From Paraspadella gotoi (taxonomy: Eukaryota > Animalia > Chaetognatha): a stretch of DNA of 64,000 bases. The notes under the pieces were generated by a model. The model searched no databases and was not told the DNA's origin. It was given only the letters and a program-made list of their open reading frames with translations. Numbering within the stretch: the first letter of the stretch is position 1; each line of letters opens with the position of its first letter. The DNA lies in assembly GCA_051294375.1 (NCBI GenBank), contig CM119263.1, positions 19,594,304-19,658,303 on the forward strand. The letters run 5' to 3'. Made by a program: the position numbers and the translations under genes. Of the stretch, positions 57,632 to 64,000 are shown piece after piece.

Positions 57632-59186
57632 GAGGTTAGGGTTAGGTGCCTCGGCTCTTGGTCATAGTTTGGCTTTGATTGTAGTGCGAGATTCGGCGGA
57701 GCGAGAGAAAAAAGTAGAAGGTATAATAAAAGATTTAAGGTATTTCAATAAACTTTATCAATTAGTTAGTTAGTCCCGCCTCGATTATTTATTTGAATTC
57801 AAGTAACTTTTCTATTGGCCAATGTTTGCTAGTAATTTTTTCAATAATATCATAAAGAGATTAAATTGTGCGCCTAAACTTGAAATCATAACGAATGGAA
57901 AAGCAATACACTCCTTGTGCTGCTTGTGATGCGTTCTGTGAAACCAGTCCCTCATTCGGAGCCGGTAATCGTGCGGAGAGAAAATCTCAGAATGAATCTA
58001 AAAATAAAAGTTGTATTCAATAAAGCTAATATTCTTAAAAATGAACAGAAAAAAATTTGTTTAAAAAAAGTGAAAAACAGGAAAATGAATACGACAAATT
58101 AGGAAATCGAGGATAGGAAAAAAAAGGAAAGAAAATTGGGGGCCATCGAGGAGGGTGAGAGAGAGGGAATGGAAAGAGAGAGAGAGAGAAAGAGAGAAAG
58201 AGAAAAAGAGACAGAGACAGAGACAGAGAGAGAGCTATAGAGAGACTGAAAGCTGAAAGAGAGACAGAGAGACAAAGAGAGAGAGAAAGAAGGCGAATGG
58301 AATTAACGAAATTAAAAGAGGGACCGAGAGAGTCCCCCGGAGGGTCGCTGGCGCCCCGGCGTGTAACCGCTTTCTTTTTTTATCCTTTTGTTTGTTTATT
58401 TTTATTTACGAAACCTAAATTAAGAAATTAATCCCCGCATTCAGTCGGAGATGAAATAAAAGTGAAATCTCCGCTCGGAAATTTTAAGCGTCGGATTTAA
58501 TTAATTTTATTTCCGAGCGATATTTTTTCATGCTCGGGATAAAATAAGGTTTTTTTTTTTGTCGAAACTCGTTCCTGATAGATTACTTTTGCAATTTTTC
58601 CGCAAGTTGGTATAAAAGGGATTGAACGATTTTCTTGGTCTTTTAATGGTAAAGCTGAAAAACAATAGTTTCATTTTCTTTTTTTTTTTGTCAAACTTCG
58701 TCAGTTATTTTGTCATCGTGGTCCGAGGCTCTAAGTGCTCTTACTCTTTTGAGTTTTATTGTTATAAACAAAAATACAATGGGTTTTTAGATTCATTCTG
58801 AGATTTTCTCTCCGCACGATTACCGGCTCCGAATGAGGGACTGGTTTCACAGAACGCATCACAAGCAGCACAAGGAGTGTATTGCTTTTCCATTCGTTAT
58901 GATTTCAAGTTTAGGCGCACAATTTAATCTCTTTATGATATTATTGAAAAAATTACTAGCAAACATTGGCCAATAGAAAAGTTACTTGAATTCAAATAAA
59001 TAATTTATATAGAATCGAGGCGGTCTAAACTAACTAATTGATAAAGTTTATTGAAATACCTTAAATCTTTTATTATACCTTCTACTTTTTCTATCGCTCC
59101 GCCGAATCTCGCACTACAATCAAAGCCAAACTATGACCAAGAGCCGAGGCACCTAACCCTAACCTCGCTTCTCCTCTTCTCTCTCT

Positions 59187-59221
<35 letters not shown>

Positions 59222-61605
59222 CTCTTCTCTCTCTCCTCTCTCTCTCTCTCTTCTGCTCTCTCTCTCTCTCTCTCTCTTCATTCTCACCTAATGATCCGAA
59301 AACCAGTGAGGGTCTTGCGATGGGCGCAGAGAGTCGCCGTTCGAGATTCCGACGCAACCGGTGACCCCAATGCTGAGGGGGAGGGATATTGGGGGCCAAA
59401 GGTTGGCGGGAGAAGAGGAAGGGTGGAGGAGTGAGAGGGCGTGATTGGTGTGAAGATGATGCAGAATTGTAGGCGGACTTCGAATACCAAGAAAACGTTC
59501 AACACAAAGATATTAATAAATTAAAATACTTAAGTGACGTAATGACTAATGAGAGTTCATCACTTAGATACCGTTATATTATTTTATACTAGTATCACGG
59601 AACTGTCAGAAACTAGTTTTTGTTTTACTACAACTAAAAAAAAAAATCGACAACTACAACAACAACATCATCAATAACGGAAAAAAAATCCAGAGAGTTT
59701 TGGTGAAGGAATTCGCTCATTTTTCATGAGGAGCTTATTAAGCGAGGAGTTGATTAAATTTAACGACGTGGCATTTCGAGGCGGTGACAGAGAAAATCGT
59801 CACGAAGGGTGACTACATCTTGAGAGAAGGTGCCTCTCTCCTCTCTCTCTCTCCTCGATCTAGTAAGGTCCCGTATGCTCCGACGGGTCTCGTGCTTCGT
59901 CGCCTGCTCCTCGTCCTCTCTCTCTCATCTCCTGCTCGGTCGATCTCTCTCTCTCTCTCTTTCCTTAATCACTTCGTCTCTCATTTAGGACGAAGTGAAG
60001 GAAAACTTTCTCCATTAATGGCATCAAACGATATCCTCGTCCTCTCATCTGGTTCTCTCGGTCGACGGACTTCCTCAGACGGTGGTGATCTTCTCTCTGC
60101 CTCTCCTTCCTCTGCATCGCTCCCTCTCGTCATCTCGAGTCGACTCTCTCTCGTCTCGTCTCTCTCTCTTCTCTCTGCTTCCACCAAGACACAAAGATCA
60201 TCTTCCGCCGTCTCTCCCACTCATCGTTTCACCCATTTCTCTCTTGCCTCAAAAAAAAAGAAAGCCCTAGGTAATCCCTTTATTTTCTCTCGCACTCTCT
60301 CCCTTTCTCTCCGACTCTATCTCTCTCTCTCTCTCTCTGTTTCTCTTCTTTTATGTCATTCTTATTATTGTTTTATCCTATGTTTCGTCCAATTAGTTAC
60401 AATTTTCCCATTGTTTCTATATTTTTAAATTCTTTTTAGTTTTCTCTACAATCAATTATTTTTCATTATCTCATTTTCTTTCTTTTCTAATTTTTCTCTA
60501 TTTCCTTCTTTTCCATTTTCGCCCTTTCCTCTTCCTCCTCTTCCTTCCCTTACTCCACCTCCACTATTTCCTCCTCCTCTTCCACTCCTCCTCCTCCTTT
60601 TCCAGTTGGCAAGAAGCCGATTTCGCTTCATAATGAATATTTTTTTCTCTTCTCGCTCCCAAATTTTTTCTCCAGATTTTACTATCTCATTACTTTTTTT
60701 TTTAAATCTCGCATTGAACAACTATCGTTTATTTTAAGTGGCTGTAAAAAGTGCAATTAGAGAAAACTATCGACTTTCATTAGTCGACATTGATTGATCG
60801 GGATATTAACCTTCCACATGGCCACAAGTAAATATTTAATGAAATTGTTTATCAAACCTTAAAATGCCATTAAACGCGTCTATTTAAAATCATCAGTCCC
60901 AGAAAAAAGAACCCGACGGGCGTCAAGAGAAGAGGGAACTACAATATGTAAATCGCTTTATGGGTTTGACCAAAGACCATCTATCAAACTCTGTAATCAA
61001 TGAACTCCATTTTGTCTCGGGACGGAAACGGGAGGAACTTCGATCCTGGCTTAGGAGACTCACTTTTTGCTTCACTTTTTTTTTTCCTTTCCTTTTCTTT
61101 TCTTTTTTTTTTCTATTTCCTCTTTCATTTCCTATCTTAACCCTTTTTTTTCTTCTGTTTAATCCCATTGCCCCTGTTTATTCATTTCCTCCACCAACCT
61201 TTTTTTTATATCCAATTAACTTTTCTTCTACGTTCTCCCTTTTTCTTTTTTTTTTTTACTCCCCGTTTCATCTCGTAGATGATCTACTCCACCATTTTCT
61301 AAAACCTTCCCTGCGCCATTTTGATTTTGCTCTGCAAATCTTTATTAAATCTAAAATGCCCCATCATTAGGCAATATAAACCAGTGCCTTGGAATATCCT
61401 TCATTACCCAATCTTTATATCAAGTTTCAACCCTTTAATTTTCTGCTCAAATATCTTTTCTCTCTCATCCTATTTCGAGCGAATCTCACGCTACCATAAT
61501 CTCTTCTCTTTCCTCTCCCGCCCCACCCTTCCCTCACCCGACACCACCCTTTCCCAACCACCACTTTGCGCCCCCCCGCGCCGTCATTTCCGGTTGCTAC
61601 GGTGA
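55322..61605. repeat. Large inverted duplication: arms ~55322-58003 and ~58785-61605, spacer ~780 bp
   Basis: tcaccgtagcaaccggaaatgacgg at 55322 matches ccgtcatttccggttgctacggtga ending at 61605; ctcagaatgaatctaaaa (~57986-58003) matches ttttagattcattctgag (~58785). ORFs 55322-55606(-) and 61321-61605(+) are identical. Unique sequence is near-identical, but the microsatellites in the right arm are scrambled. Confidence 0.95.
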
Positions 61606-63957
61606 CGCCGGTCGCCAAATAGAAAAAGGCAAGAAAAAAAGAATAAATAAAGAAAAGTGAAAAAGAAAACGGGGCAAAGCAGACGGAATTCAGGGAAGCC
61701 CGTGAGGAGGAGGGGAGGGGGGGGGGTTAAGTCTTAATGAGACGAAATCCGATACGGAATTTGATGGAGCGACGTCGAAATTCGAAAAGTCTCTTTCTCA
61801 ACGCCGAACCCGGCAACAGAGCTAAATAGCGAGCCTCGTTACAAAACTTTAGAATGGAGGAGTCCGATGAGAGAAATCTCGGGATTCCAGGTCTTGTTTA
61901 CCAAAGCGCGGTAACGGGTCGGCGGCGGCAGCGTCGGTCTCCGCGGCGTCGGCGGCGGCGGAGCGGTGGCTCCGTCGGCGACCGCTCTCCCCGACAGACG
62001 TCGGAATCCATTTGCATAACTTAATCCACTGGCGAAGGAGGCGGATTGGAGGGAGGAAACTGGGAAAGGGGCCGAGTCGGTTTCAGGGGTGGGAGGGGGT
62101 TTTAAGTAAAGAGGGTGAGTTTTTGGAGGGTTGGTGATGGTTGGTGATGGTTGAGTATATTGACGCGTACCCAGTACATGAACGTTTGTGTTCTGCGTAT
62201 GAAAATGAGTGCACGTAGCTGAGTTCATGTAGTTCGAAATCGGATAGATTTTAAATGAGACAAAGTAAGCAGGCGCATGATGTGGTAAGGAATCGAGACT
62301 AGAAAGCAAAAAATGTTTATATCGGTGAGACGGTCGAATAAATTGGTGGAGACTGGAGAGTGGATTCTTAAGATTGATTGGCCAACAGAACCGCGGATTC
62401 TTTGTCGCGCAGAATTTTGGAGCGGTTCTCGACTATCTTCTCTGTGCGTTTCTCCGGTGAGGGTCGATCCGTCTCTGCCAATCGGTTCGTTGGACAATTG
62501 GACAATCTGCTTGTTGATCGTATTCCGTTGGAACAATTCTAATAGAAAAAAAGTAGAATTTTCCAAATAAAAAAAACTGAATACAAAATAGTGTCGAGAA
62601 AAGATACATGGGAGTCGAAATTTCGACTACAATCATCACACTCAGAAAATTTATATTTAAAGAAGTATCATGATATTAATAGTGGCGAAAAAATATTAGA
62701 AAAGTCTCGATACATTTTTAATACAAATAACATGGGTTATTTACTTTTTTCGTGAGTCTCAACGGAGGCTGTTTTTCTCCTAGGATTTCCTCTTTGGAAT
62801 TCGACGTCTCGAGGGAACTGGGAAATGGACGAAGACGACGACGACGACGAGGATAAAGTCGATGACAACGACGACGACGACGACGACCATGAAAATGTCA
62901 CCAATGACGATGATTATGTCAGCGGGGCCGTTGATTTAAAACCGGAGACCATTGACTAACATTGATGGGGACATCGAGGCGATGACACTGATAATAACCA
63001 CGCGAAAGACGATGATAAAGTTGATGTCTGTTTTGATCCCAAAAAATAATCTCTGGATACTGGACAAAGACGAGAGATTGGAAAGAGGATGATGCAGAAG
63101 GCGAACGACCGAAACGATGCGCAAAATCTTTTTTTTTTTTTAATGATAGGCCATGATAGACGATGCTACGTACATGACTCGTGTCCCACTCCATATTTAT
63201 GAGTCTCCGCGAGGAAAATTTGATCCGATTCTTCGAAGGGGAATTCGTCTCGAAATACTCGGCGCGACTCTTGGTCGGTGGGCGTGTCGCCAGGTCTCTT
63301 GGGAAAAGGGAGACCCCCTTAAAGTCAATACCTCTCAACAAGCCTCACAACCCAACACACCAAGATTGAAAATCGTCGTTCGTCCTGCCCGTTCACCGTT
63401 CACCGTTCACCGTTCAAGGTTCGCCTCTCCCTTAATATCTGCAGCAATGAAAATATCAAAACCTCCGTCAAACTTTCAATCATCACTTAGTTTCGCTTTC
63501 CCGTTCACTTCACCTCACCTCCTTTCACAAATCCTCGTCATCTTTAAATCTCACTCCCTTCGAAAATCGTTTGGCGTGAAAAAAAAAAGGATTTGTGAGT
63601 TGATTTGCGTCTCATTCACGACTTTTATTATCGACTGTCAAACGTCGTCGGTTAGAAAAGAAAAACCCGGTGAAATCAGATTTAAATCTTTTTAGGAGGC
63701 TCATGGCTACTTGGGTGGAAGGCATATGATCATAAGATAAAATAGGATAATATGGGACAGGATATATAATGTTATAATGAGAGGATGCAATAGTTAGCCA
63801 CAACCAATTTGACGTGAGATAAACCCGCGCCAAAAATTTGACGAAAACTACGAGTTCAACGAAAACGACGACGACGAAGTCTTTGGTGAAGATAAGAATT
63901 GTGAAGTAGAAGAGACGTCAAAGTAGAGGATTTTGAAAAGCACAAAGGAATAAAAAA

Positions 63958-64000
63958 GAAGAAGAAGAAGAAGAAGAAGAAGAAGAAGAAGAAGAAGAAG
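63958..64000. repeat. (GAA)n microsatellite running off the window end
   Basis: Direct reading. Confidence 0.95.

Noticed and set aside
62826-62960. Acidic short ORF MDEDDDDDEDKVDDND...
   Set aside because: Derived from a GAC/GAT trinucleotide repeat like many others in the window; no splice or domain support.

Overview
Eukaryotic, almost entirely non-coding DNA from a draft hybrid (short-read plus long-read) assembly. It is AT-rich but CpG-rich and saturated with (GA)n, (GAAA)n and (GAC)n microsatellites; the composition is arthropod-like (inference). Nearly all supplied ORFs are translations of simple repeats. Supported content: (1) a heavily frameshifted R1/LOA-like non-LTR retrotransposon at ~3.7-7.6 kb (+), recognised from gag-knuckle, APE and RT motif remnants in the correct order; (2) a ~310-bp SINE-like insertion at 25.4-25.7 kb with a 12-bp target-site duplication, an (ACATA)n tail and a structured body; (3) splice-acceptor-led candidate exons on the + strand at 35.1, 37.0 and 39.1 kb, including a 37-aa transmembrane small ORF too short for the ORF track; (4) one tandem and three inverted duplications, all next to exactly-25-N gaps and most likely assembly artefacts; (5) recurrent YY1/Pho-type motifs. 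I cannot name a host gene, and the sequence alone does not establish a new biological system. The best leads are the 35-39 kb exon/micropeptide cluster and the structured SINE.
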